The notes beneath the pieces are model-generated. The model did no database searches. It was given only the letters and a program-made list of their open reading frames with translations, and was not told the origin of the DNA. From NCBI GenBank assembly GCA_014879445.1, contig JACSSC010000026.1:2033-66032 (forward strand): a DNA stretch of 64,000 nucleotides, written 5' to 3'. Shown here in pieces: positions 17,679-26,963 of this stretch; the stretch's first letter is position 1, and every line of letters begins with the position of its first letter. This stretch comes from Candidatus Competibacteraceae bacterium (lineage in GTDB: Bacteria > Bacteroidota > Bacteroidia > CAIKAF01). A program made the position numbers and the translations under genes.

Positions 17679-20600
17679 TTATTTAACCACAATGCGGGTA
17701 ATGGCATTATGCTTTCCGGCCACCACACGAACCAGATAAGTACCGGCTGCATATGAACTGAAATCAACATCTGCTACAAAATAAGCTTGATGTACGCCCA
17801 TATTACGCATCCAAATTACTTTGCCGGCAAGATCCATCACAGATACATATACTATTTCAGTTCCATCAAATGTAAATGAAATACGAGAAAACTCATCTGT
17901 TGGGTTAGGATATACCGTCAACAGCTCTTCTGACTCGCTTTCGATACCATTAAACTGAACATCAATTTCAACCGTTTGAGTAACCGTTGTTGTTCCACAA
18001 TCATTGGTAACGGTCAATGTAACTGTATAAATACCTTCATTGGCATAGATGTGTACCGGATTCATCTCCGTTGATGTATTGCTATCACCAAAATCCCAAA
18101 AATAACTAGTTGCATTGGTTGAAGTATTCGTAAAGGCAGCCGAGTAGAAGCTAACGGAAGACGTGAAACTACCAGAAGGATTAGGAAAATCCGTTACAAT
18201 TACTGTATCAATAGCTAGTCCGCAATTTGAAATTACCTGCACAAAATATGTGGCAGGAACCAATGCGGTAATAGATGGTGTATTTTGGAAGAATGGGCTC
18301 CAGTTGTAAGTTGATCCGGCAATTACAGGAGCAGCAATCAGAACAGAATCAGAAGGACATTTAATCAAATCCGGTCCGAGCGTAAAGCCCGCAACCGAAA
18401 CAAATTCATCAGCGCCAATATCAGGGGTAGATGCATGGCGAGGATCACCGTCAAAATCAACTGAAACGCCGGCTATAGGTGTTGCGGCACCATCCAACTC
18501 GGTACGACAAGTATGAAGATCTGATCCGTTGAAATTAGGATTTAAAGATAAAGAAGCAGCATCAAATCCGGTAGCATTTTGCCAGTCGGCTAATGTAGCA
18601 TAGGTTGTTGTACCTAATGCAACAACATCCGTTCCGGCAACAAACAAGTTGTTATGGTTTGAGTTGGAAATATAAAACGCTGATTCGGAAAGAATGGCCA
18701 ATCCTGCACCGGCATTCATTATATTGTTGTTGATAATATCAATACCATTTGAACTACCATTAAACAAACGCAAAGCGCCCGAAGAAGTTGAAGTGCTTGA
18801 TGAGTAGAGAGAATTAAATACAACCTGAGTATTGCTCACATCTTGCAATGCAATACATTCGCTATAGGTAGGATCAATATTGATTCCCATATACACCATA
18901 TTATTGGCTACTAAAGATGGATTTGAAGGGTTGGCATCTATATTTACCAAATTGATACCAAAACCACCTTGAATACCGCCAACATGATTGCCGGTAACAA
19001 CAGTTCCATCCATAACTTGTTCGAGGTCTATGTGAAAAATATTTCCAATTCCATTTGAGGCAGAAGACATTACTTGATTGTTTCTTATTTCCGGACGAAT
19101 TTGGTTAACCAAAACTATTCCGGCCTGATAATATTGAGATATCGTGTTGTTATAGATTTCCAAACCTGACTCCATTAATACATTGCTTTGGCCAAACAAC
19201 CAAATAGCTCTTGATCCGCCAAAGATTTGATTGTTGCGAATAATAAGGTTATTGTCGTTTCCATCAACAGAGTTGATCGTATGCTTGTTGGCATCTACGG
19301 CAGCAGCCATGGTGTCGCCCATCAGCACACAATTTTCAATGATGATATCCTCTGAACCATTTTTAAGAGAAACTACAGTTGAGAAAAATGCCATATTTTG
19401 CAATGTTATCTCGTTAAGGGTAACACGATCAGCACCATTAAAGCCCACCACAAAGTTATTCGCAGTAGAGAAAGGCATAAAATCAAAAGTTACGTCAGTA
19501 GCATTTTGTGTTTCAGATTGAATTGTCAATCGGTAATTGCCTGCGCCTACTTCAGGGAAGGTGGCGATTTCTACCTGTTCGGTATATGTGCCCGGACGAA
19601 CATTCAAAGTAACATCTCCACATATTCCACGCAGCTCAATCGCATCTATGGCATCATTAAGCGTCGCAAAATCTGGTATTGTGCCATACACGGTATATAT
19701 ACCACTCATAGCGTCATAAACCTGACGAGTAATGGTGTCGTTGCCATCGTATTCGTCAGGATTCCCATTGGGATTCTCTGTCCAGATTTTCACTATATCT
19801 CCATCATTAAAATTGAAATATCCCAAGTCAACTTGTGTCGTTTGGTTTGAAGTCAGCAGCCCAGTCCAGTTGTATGTCATTACTGTAGTATTATTCACAT
19901 TCACTACAATATCAGCGGATGTAAGATCATTAACACCAATGGTCGTCAACAGCACTTTAATCGTATCCTCTACTGAGCAAGAAAGCGAAGGCGAAACAGA
20001 AGGAGAGACGATGGTAGCTATACCGGCGTCATCATTGGGGAGAGGGCGAATATCAACCAAATAATCTTCAGTTTCGCCCCAAGTATAGGTGCCACAAGGA
20101 GTAACTGTAGAAGCACTTCCCGATTCTCTACAAACTACACGCATGCCTGTAACGCCCGTTAAAGCACCCGGCGGAATGGTAATATTACCCAAAACTGAGC
20201 TTTGAGTTAAGGCGCTGGCGGGTCCGCCCATCACCAATTCGGCTGGGTCAGCATAAACGCCATCCTGATTAAAATCAATATACACTTCAACATAGCGACT
20301 ATTAAAACCGGAATTTTCACAATCCCGTGTGCTGATAACTGATGGATAGGATTGAGTTTTGAAGAATGCCGGCACCGGCGTAAGGGTAGTAAAATTCTGA
20401 TATCCGGTACAAACACCAAAACTTTGATTTACAAAAGACCCGATACGTACTGTATCAATATATTCATCAGCAGTAGAAGTAGCATTGGATGCACAATAGC
20501 AATTATAGAATGGCGTAACCATAACCTGTAATGGAGCAGAAGAATCTGTTTGGGCGCTACATGTAGCCATTGCCCTAAAATAAGTACTAGCAGCTAAATT

Positions 20601-21428
20601 AGTACTATAAGTTGCGCTGGTTGCCCCGGGAATGTTTGTCCATGTAATCCCATCAGGCGAAGATTGCCATTGATAGGTTTGGCCTAATCCGCCAGTTCCT
20701 CCAGTAAGTGATAAATACAACATTTGAGAAGGGCAAACAGGATTAGCAGAAGCTGTCGTTACACCGGCTACAGGAGGAGCGGTACAAGGAAGAGCCGGCT
20801 CAACCGTAACAGACCCTGTAAAGTAACGTGGAGTAAGTGTTAATCCCGTACCTGATCCAGAATAACCTACATTAAACCCTGCAATTTGTTGAGTACCTAC
20901 CTTCAAATTTACACCTGCCCCAGAAAAAATATTATTATCTGGAGAAAGAGGAGACCCAGTTCCACTATATCTAACACTTCCCGGACCTTGATTTTCTAAG
21001 GCAAAACGATATTCTGTTGATGCTGGAATTGTGAAACTCAGGCCAACAAAATTAATCGGTGCAATTCCTGAAGCAATAGCTGGTGTTGGAGAAGATGTAG
21101 CAATCAAATTCCAGTTGCCACTTTCACAATTGGTCGTGGAATTAGATAATTCAGTAGCCGTATAAAAAAGACGCCAAACCGAATTATTATCAGCTGTAGT
21201 AAGATAGTTTCCTATTCCTGTGAGCAACATTGGAAAAGGATTAGTATTCTGTATAACAAAAGAAATTTGCCCTCCGGCACCTAGTGAGTTCGTTCCTGTA
21301 TATGGTGGGAAAGGACCTGTTGTAAGTGTTGTCTGTGCTATAGTTACAGATGTAAAAAGCATCATGGCCAGTGCCGATAGACACAAATTGCGTATGCTTT
21401 TATTGATTGTGTTGTAGATTCTATACAT
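17679..21428 (-). CDS. Giant secreted T9SS cargo protein (1249 aa): GEVED-like motif, right-handed beta-helix repeats, PKD domain, T9SS type-A C-terminal domain
   Basis: Signal peptide; CGTYTWGETEDY motif; beta-helix repeat region (NNNIMNAGAG...); PKD signature YFWDFGDSNTSTEMNPVHIYANEGIYTVTLTVTNDCG; C-terminal Por_Secre_tail (LLTVYPNPTDE...GTYLVRVVAG...RIVVK). Confidence 0.85.
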   Translation of the reverse strand: MYRIYNTINKSIRNLCLSALAMMLFTSVTIAQTTLTTGPFPPYTGTNSLGAGGQISFVIQNTNPFPMLLTGIGNYLTTADNNSVWRLFYTATELSNSTTNCESGNWNLIATSSPTPAIASGIAPINFVGLSFTIPASTEYRFALENQGPGSVRYSGTGSPLSPDNNIFSGAGVNLKVGTQQIAGFNVGYSGSGTGLTLTPRYFTGSVTVEPALPCTAPPVAGVTTASANPVCPSQMLYLSLTGGTGGLGQTYQWQSSPDGITWTNIPGATSATYSTNLAASTYFRAMATCSAQTDSSAPLQVMVTPFYNCYCASNATSTADEYIDTVRIGSFVNQSFGVCTGYQNFTTLTPVPAFFKTQSYPSVISTRDCENSGFNSRYVEVYIDFNQDGVYADPAELVMGGPASALTQSSVLGNITIPPGALTGVTGMRVVCRESGSASTVTPCGTYTWGETEDYLVDIRPLPNDDAGIATIVSPSVSPSLSCSVEDTIKVLLTTIGVNDLTSADIVVNVNNTTVMTYNWTGLLTSNQTTQVDLGYFNFNDGDIVKIWTENPNGNPDEYDGNDTITRQVYDAMSGIYTVYGTIPDFATLNDAIDAIELRGICGDVTLNVRPGTYTEQVEIATFPEVGAGNYRLTIQSETQNATDVTFDFMPFSTANNFVVGFNGADRVTLNEITLQNMAFFSTVVSLKNGSEDIIIENCVLMGDTMAAAVDANKHTINSVDGNDNNLIIRNNQIFGGSRAIWLFGQSNVLMESGLEIYNNTISQYYQAGIVLVNQIRPEIRNNQVMSSASNGIGNIFHIDLEQVMDGTVVTGNHVGGIQGGFGINLVNIDANPSNPSLVANNMVYMGINIDPTYSECIALQDVSNTQVVFNSLYSSSTSTSSGALRLFNGSSNGIDIINNNIMNAGAGLAILSESAFYISNSNHNNLFVAGTDVVALGTTTYATLADWQNATGFDAASLSLNPNFNGSDLHTCRTELDGAATPIAGVSVDFDGDPRHASTPDIGADEFVSVAGFTLGPDLIKCPSDSVLIAAPVIAGSTYNWSPFFQNTPSITALVPATYFVQVISNCGLAIDTVIVTDFPNPSGSFTSSVSFYSAAFTNTSTNATSYFWDFGDSNTSTEMNPVHIYANEGIYTVTLTVTNDCGTTTVTQTVEIDVQFNGIESESEELLTVYPNPTDEFSRISFTFDGTEIVYVSVMDLAGKVIWMRNMGVHQAYFVADVDFSSYAAGTYLVRVVAGKHNAITRIVVK

Positions 21429-21492
21429 ATTCTGAATATTAAGTTATTTAATGCAGGTTGTTAATCATACTGCCAATTTAATTTATTGAGAA

Positions 21493-24400
21493 TTATTTAA
21501 TAATAATACGTACTGTTCTTTGATAATCACCAGCCCGAACCTTCATCAAATAAGTTCCGGCAGCTTGTCCTGTAATATCCATCATGGTGCTCAATCCATT
21601 GGTTGCGCTTCCCATTACCGATTGATGTATCAATCGTCCTGACAAATCATAAATATCAATCCAAACCTGATTGCTCACAACAGGTGCTAAGGCAACTGCA
21701 AATAATCCTTCTGAAGGATTAGGATACACCTGAAGCTGCAATGCCTCTTCATCTTCTAGCCCCGCCACATTGGGATTAATCACAATTACTTGAGAAGTAA
21801 CAGATGAATCGCCACAGTCGCTGTAAGCTGTTAATGTTACAGTATATGTGCCATTGGTTGGGTAAATATGATTGGGATTTTCAACAGTTGATGTATTGCC
21901 ATCTCCAAAATCCCAAAAATATGATGTAGCTTGTGAGGAATTGTTGCTGAAAGCAGCAGTAAAGAAGTTTTGATTATATGTGAAAGTGGCTGAAGGTGTA
22001 GAATAATTGGCAACCACAATCGAGTCCACTGAAATACCGCAAGCATGTATAATCTGAACAATATATGTTCCTGGCTGAGTAGCATAAATACCCGGTGTAT
22101 TTTGGAAGTATGGGCTCCAATAATAGGATGCACTTTCGATTTGTTCGGCACCCAACCAAACACTATCTGACGGACATTTTATCAAATCAGCGCCAAGCGT
22201 AAAGTTGGCTGATGATAAAAATTCGTCAGCGCCGATATCTGGCGTTGAAGTATTGCGTGTATCCTGATCAAAGTCGTGAGTTACTCCGGCAACGGGGATA
22301 CCGGCATTATCAAGCTCCACACGACAGGTATGCAAATCAGCACCATTAAACATTGGATCAACAGATAAAGAATTCAGCTCTTTTCCTGTAGCTGTCTGAA
22401 GCGCCGACAAATCGGCCATATTGGTTCCTACCCTAACAAAATTAGCAGAAGAAGTAAAATAATTGTTATGATTAGCTATATCTAAATACAAGGCAGATTC
22501 GCTATTTAAAGCAAATCCACTTCCTGCATTTACAATATTATTATTAAGAAGCGTAATACCTGACGACTGTCCATTATATACTCGAATACCGGCAGCTGTA
22601 GCTGTGGTTGCACGTGTGTGAACAGAATTGAATACAATATTCACATTGGCACATTCCTGTACTGCAATACCATGGCTATTGGTTGGCGAACCGGTAGCTC
22701 CCATATATACAAAGTTGTTAGCAATCAAACTTGGAGAGCCGGGTTGGGCGTCCACATCCAATAGATTAATTCCAAAACCGCCTTGATCGCCGGAAATAAG
22801 ATTTCCGGTTACTTCAGCGCCATTCAATACATCCTCTAAACTAATGTGGAAAATATTAGTGTTTGTATTTGAAGAATGGGATTGAATATTATTTTGCTTG
22901 ATAGCTGGTCCTGTTTGGCGAAGACCCACAATCGCTGCCGCCCTATAACGGCGAAATGTGTTATAAGCAACCAACAAGCCCGATTCAACTTCGGTAACAC
23001 TTGGGCCTGCTAAATAAATACCATACGAGCCACCTATTATGATGTTATGCTCAATTCTAGTTCCATTGTCAAGCCCATCAACTGAGCCAATTGCTATTTT
23101 GTTGGTCGTAGTGGTGGTTGCCAAACTATCGCTATACACATTACAATATTGTACAGCAATATTATTGTTACCACCCAACAATCTAACTACTCCAGAAAAT
23201 GTTGTGGAAGTATTGGCTAAAGTAAGACGGTTCAGTATGATGTTTTGGGATTGATTAAATCCAAATACATAATTCAGAGCTGTCGAAGTGGCCATATATT
23301 CAAAACGCACATCACTGGCATTCAAAGATTCTGACTGAATAGTAACCGTATATGAGCCGGTAGATGGATAAGGACCAACCAGCACTTGCTCATTATAGGT
23401 GCCTGCACGTACATTAAAAAATACATCACCGCAAATACCACGCAACTCAAGTGCTTCAATGGCATCATTCATTGTAGCAAAGTCGGGAGTAGTACCATAT
23501 ACGGTATAAACACCATTAAGCGCATCATACCCGATTACACTCATGCTATCGTTGAAGGCAAATTCATCCGCAACACCATTCGGGTTAGTAACCCAAACCA
23601 AAACCGTATCGCCATCATTCAAGCTAACTGCTCCTAAATTAACAGTAGTAGTTTGCCCTGAGGTAATACTGCCGGCCCAATTGTATGATGTAATAGTTGT
23701 GCCATTTACCGAAACATGAATCGTAGCACTGGTAAGCGTTGCGGTGCCAATTGTTGTAAGTGATACTACAACAAAATCATCCACGCTACATCCTCCAGTA
23801 GGCGGGTTAGAAGGAGAAATAATTTCGGCAATACCTGCATCATTTGCCGGTTGTGGAGCAATATTTACCATATAATCTTCCGTCTCTCCCCAGGTATAAG
23901 TACCACAAGGCATAACTGAATTAGGGTCAGAGCTTTCGAGTAAAACTACACGCATGCGTGTAATACCGGTGCTAGCCGTAACAGGAATGTTAACCACACC
24001 CGTAAAATCTTCAGCCGGAGTGGATGCAGTGGTTGGGCCAAATGCAAATACGGCTTCCTGAGGCAAATCAAAAATACCATTTTGATTATAGTCAATAAAT
24101 ACTCTACCCACTCTTGTATAAGAGCCACCGCATGTGCCCGATCTTACCAAGATAGGGTAAGAAATACCCTGAAACATCACACCAACCGGAGAAGAAACAT
24201 TGGTATAAGTTTCACAAGCAGTTGGTGAAGAAATATTATCAATATTAGATATCTTAACCCTGTCTATCTTAGAATCAGCTGTACTGGTAGCATTTGAAGC
24301 GCAGTAGCAATTAAAAAATGGTTGAAGTGTTACATTCTCAATACTGGTTGTATCACTTTGAGCAGAGCAAGTAACTACTGCTCGGAAAAAGATGTTGGAA

Positions 24401-25215
24401 TTGATGGTCGCATTATAAGTTGAGTTTGTTGCGCCTGAGATGTCGGTAAAAGTAATACCATCAGGTGATGATTGCCACTGATACGTTTGGCCTGAACCCA
24501 TCGTACCTCCTGTAATTGACAGGGTTACATTTGTGCCCGGACAAACAGGATTAGCACTGGCAAGAGCCATGCCTGCGGTTGGGGGTGCCGTACAAGCCGA
24601 ACCCGAGATATAAGTGATTTGCATGGCAGGTCGGGTAAATCCGGGGCCACTTGTAAGTCCGGTTGTCATGCTACACCCAACTTGACCATCATCATACTGC
24701 CCTGCATAGGCATTAAATGCATAATCATCTGACTGCACGGTGCTGCTACCATTCCAAGATGCATTATCAAAACAAACCTCTACAACAATATTATCTGAGC
24801 CATTCCAAATAAAGCTAGTGGCGAATGTGTATGTATTCCATCCCAAAGTTGGAGCAGACACGGCTTGAGAAAAACAAGTTGTAGAAGTTGGCAAAACCCC
24901 ACCAGGGTGAGCGCCCAATGCCGTATGGCCCATCTTAATCGAAAATCCGTTTAGGGGGTCGCCACTTGAAGATGTTACATTAAATCCCAATGCAGTAATA
25001 TTGCTGCTGGGAGTAAGGCCGGCTGACGATAATTCTGATGCTAAAATAATATATTGCACCCTGCCATCCTCCCAAAGTGTACCATAAGGAGTAATGCCTG
25101 ATGAGCCGGTAGTAGATAATCCCGCTCCTATTTGAACGGTTTGCGATAAAGCCGAAACCGATAAAAGTATCGCCAATCCGATTGACATTGATAAACAACG
25201 TAAGATTTTATTCAT
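21493..25215 (-). CDS. Giant secreted T9SS cargo protein (1240 aa), paralog of 17679..21428 with the same domain order
   Basis: Shares blocks with the neighbour: TYQWQSSPDGITF, CGTYTWGETEDY, YTVYGTTPDFATMNDAIEALELRGICGDV, PKD YFWDFGDGNTSTVENPNHIY, and a C-terminal Por_Secre_tail (LQVYPNPSEG...GTYLMKVRAG...RIIIK). Confidence 0.85.
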   Translation of the reverse strand: MNKILRCLSMSIGLAILLSVSALSQTVQIGAGLSTTGSSGITPYGTLWEDGRVQYIILASELSSAGLTPSSNITALGFNVTSSSGDPLNGFSIKMGHTALGAHPGGVLPTSTTCFSQAVSAPTLGWNTYTFATSFIWNGSDNIVVEVCFDNASWNGSSTVQSDDYAFNAYAGQYDDGQVGCSMTTGLTSGPGFTRPAMQITYISGSACTAPPTAGMALASANPVCPGTNVTLSITGGTMGSGQTYQWQSSPDGITFTDISGATNSTYNATINSNIFFRAVVTCSAQSDTTSIENVTLQPFFNCYCASNATSTADSKIDRVKISNIDNISSPTACETYTNVSSPVGVMFQGISYPILVRSGTCGGSYTRVGRVFIDYNQNGIFDLPQEAVFAFGPTTASTPAEDFTGVVNIPVTASTGITRMRVVLLESSDPNSVMPCGTYTWGETEDYMVNIAPQPANDAGIAEIISPSNPPTGGCSVDDFVVVSLTTIGTATLTSATIHVSVNGTTITSYNWAGSITSGQTTTVNLGAVSLNDGDTVLVWVTNPNGVADEFAFNDSMSVIGYDALNGVYTVYGTTPDFATMNDAIEALELRGICGDVFFNVRAGTYNEQVLVGPYPSTGSYTVTIQSESLNASDVRFEYMATSTALNYVFGFNQSQNIILNRLTLANTSTTFSGVVRLLGGNNNIAVQYCNVYSDSLATTTTTNKIAIGSVDGLDNGTRIEHNIIIGGSYGIYLAGPSVTEVESGLLVAYNTFRRYRAAAIVGLRQTGPAIKQNNIQSHSSNTNTNIFHISLEDVLNGAEVTGNLISGDQGGFGINLLDVDAQPGSPSLIANNFVYMGATGSPTNSHGIAVQECANVNIVFNSVHTRATTATAAGIRVYNGQSSGITLLNNNIVNAGSGFALNSESALYLDIANHNNYFTSSANFVRVGTNMADLSALQTATGKELNSLSVDPMFNGADLHTCRVELDNAGIPVAGVTHDFDQDTRNTSTPDIGADEFLSSANFTLGADLIKCPSDSVWLGAEQIESASYYWSPYFQNTPGIYATQPGTYIVQIIHACGISVDSIVVANYSTPSATFTYNQNFFTAAFSNNSSQATSYFWDFGDGNTSTVENPNHIYPTNGTYTVTLTAYSDCGDSSVTSQVIVINPNVAGLEDEEALQLQVYPNPSEGLFAVALAPVVSNQVWIDIYDLSGRLIHQSVMGSATNGLSTMMDITGQAAGTYLMKVRAGDYQRTVRIIIK

Positions 25216-25430
25216 GGTTTAATTATTTTGCTTGAGTTACGAGATGTCAAAATTAGATAAGTTTAGTTAATATCGAATTGTTTTATCATAGATTTTTTGT
25301 TATTGTACTCAATTTTACTTCAATAAACCTGTATCTTTCAGAAATATCATATAACTATACGTCGTATGAAACCATTTTTATAAAAACATTGCACTTGTCA
25401 TCCCGCCCGAATGCATTACCTTTGTACAGT

Positions 25431-26216
25431 ATGTCGGGATATCATTCGATGCAATCGTCTTCTTTTCAAACCTTTCTACAAATGGTTTGGGCGCTTGCTT
25501 GGAAAAACATTAGGGTTAAATACAAAAACTCAATCTTAGGTTTGTTATGGTCGCTCATTAACCCATTGCTATTTTTGCTGATATTTTCGTATGTGTTCGG
25601 ACATGCCTTCCCTGATATCGAGAATTACACATTGTTCGCCCTTACCGGATTGGTTATATGGTCAATCTTTCCTTTAGCCACATCGCAAAGTGCGCAGTCG
25701 CTGATTGAAGGTGGCCCCATTTTGAAAGCTCTAGCTGTACCTCCCATTGTTTTTCCAATTTCATCCCTGCTTGCCTCTGCATTTCAATTTTTTTTCACGC
25801 TGATTCCATTTGCTGCTATCATGGCCATTCTTGGCTACCAACCTAGCATTCATTTAATTGCCATTGTGCCTTTATTGATATTTTTCTTTCTCTTCATTGC
25901 CGGACTTTCTTTAATTATATGCTCTGTTCATGTTTTTTTCAGAGATGTTGGATTGCTTTGGAACACCTTGTTGCCGGCTATATTTTATTTCACACCTATA
26001 GCATATCCCCCAACATTAATACCCGAACATATTCGATGGGCCATGCAACTAAATCCTGTTTATCATTTTATCTCTCCATTCAGAATGTTAATATACGAAA
26101 AGCATTGGCCGGCATTATCAGATTGGATTCTGCTCAGTACCACTGGTACACTTTTCTTTGTCGTGAGTATTTTTGTATTTCGGGCCTTACAAAAACATTT
26201 TATTTCGCATTATTAA
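25431..26216 (+). CDS. wzm: ABC-2 type polysaccharide exporter permease (Wzm/TagG/KpsM family)
   Basis: Six predicted TM segments and the ABC-2 signature region. The track start (25278) is TTG; ATG at 25431 gives a typical Wzm N-terminus (MSGYHSMQ...WALAWKNIRVKYKNSILGLLWSLINP). Confidence 0.8.
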   Translation: MSGYHSMQSSSFQTFLQMVWALAWKNIRVKYKNSILGLLWSLINPLLFLLIFSYVFGHAFPDIENYTLFALTGLVIWSIFPLATSQSAQSLIEGGPILKALAVPPIVFPISSLLASAFQFFFTLIPFAAIMAILGYQPSIHLIAIVPLLIFFFLFIAGLSLIICSVHVFFRDVGLLWNTLLPAIFYFTPIAYPPTLIPEHIRWAMQLNPVYHFISPFRMLIYEKHWPALSDWILLSTTGTLFFVVSIFVFRALQKHFISHY

Positions 26217-26217
26217 A

Positions 26218-26955
26218 ATGAGCAAGCCGGCAATACAAATTACAGATGTTTCATTCAGTTTTCGCGTTAGTGATTCAGGGATTAACTCACTTCGTGAATG
26301 GTTAATGCGTGGTAGTAGAGGTCTTTTTCCAGCCAAACCCGTATTGAAACATATCGATCTGCAAATAGAAAAAGGCAGTTGTTTTGCCATACTAGGTCGT
26401 AATGGCTCAGGAAAAAGCACATTATTGCGTGTCATTTCAGGCATTATTACACCCGATAATGGGAAAGTGGAGGTTCAGGGGCGAATTGCACCCGTGTTAT
26501 CATTAGGAGCCGGACTTGAGCCCGAATTGACAGGATATGACAATATACGGCTACTATGCACGTTGATGGGCTTCAGGCCAAAAGAAATTCGATTTTTTAT
26601 GCCTCAGATAGCACAGTTCTCCGAATTAAGCGAATCAGACCTGCGCATGCAAGTTAAAAGATATTCCACCGGCATGATGGCGCGACTCACGTTCTCAATT
26701 GCTGTTGCTTCGCAGCCCGATATCTTAATCATTGATGAGGTGCTGGCAGTAGGCGATGCAGGGTTTCAAGAAAAATGCTACCGTCGTATTCGCGAAATCA
26801 ATCAGCAAGGGGCCACCATAATTTTTGTTTCTCACAGCATTCATGATGTTCTCATGCTATGCAATCAAGCTTGTGTAATGAACGATGGCCGGATTACTTT
26901 TTTCGGCGATGTGAAAGATTCATGTGATATTTATACCCGGCAATTTCAAACCTGA
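26218..26955 (+). CDS. wzt: ABC polysaccharide exporter ATP-binding protein (Wzt/TagH/KpsT family) without a C-terminal carbohydrate-binding domain
   Basis: Walker A GRNGSGKST, signature YSTGMMARL and Walker B ILIIDE. 245 aa. ATG at 26218 immediately follows the wzm stop. Confidence 0.85.
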   Translation: MSKPAIQITDVSFSFRVSDSGINSLREWLMRGSRGLFPAKPVLKHIDLQIEKGSCFAILGRNGSGKSTLLRVISGIITPDNGKVEVQGRIAPVLSLGAGLEPELTGYDNIRLLCTLMGFRPKEIRFFMPQIAQFSELSESDLRMQVKRYSTGMMARLTFSIAVASQPDILIIDEVLAVGDAGFQEKCYRRIREINQQGATIIFVSHSIHDVLMLCNQACVMNDGRITFFGDVKDSCDIYTRQFQT

Positions 26956-26963
26956 ACAACTGC

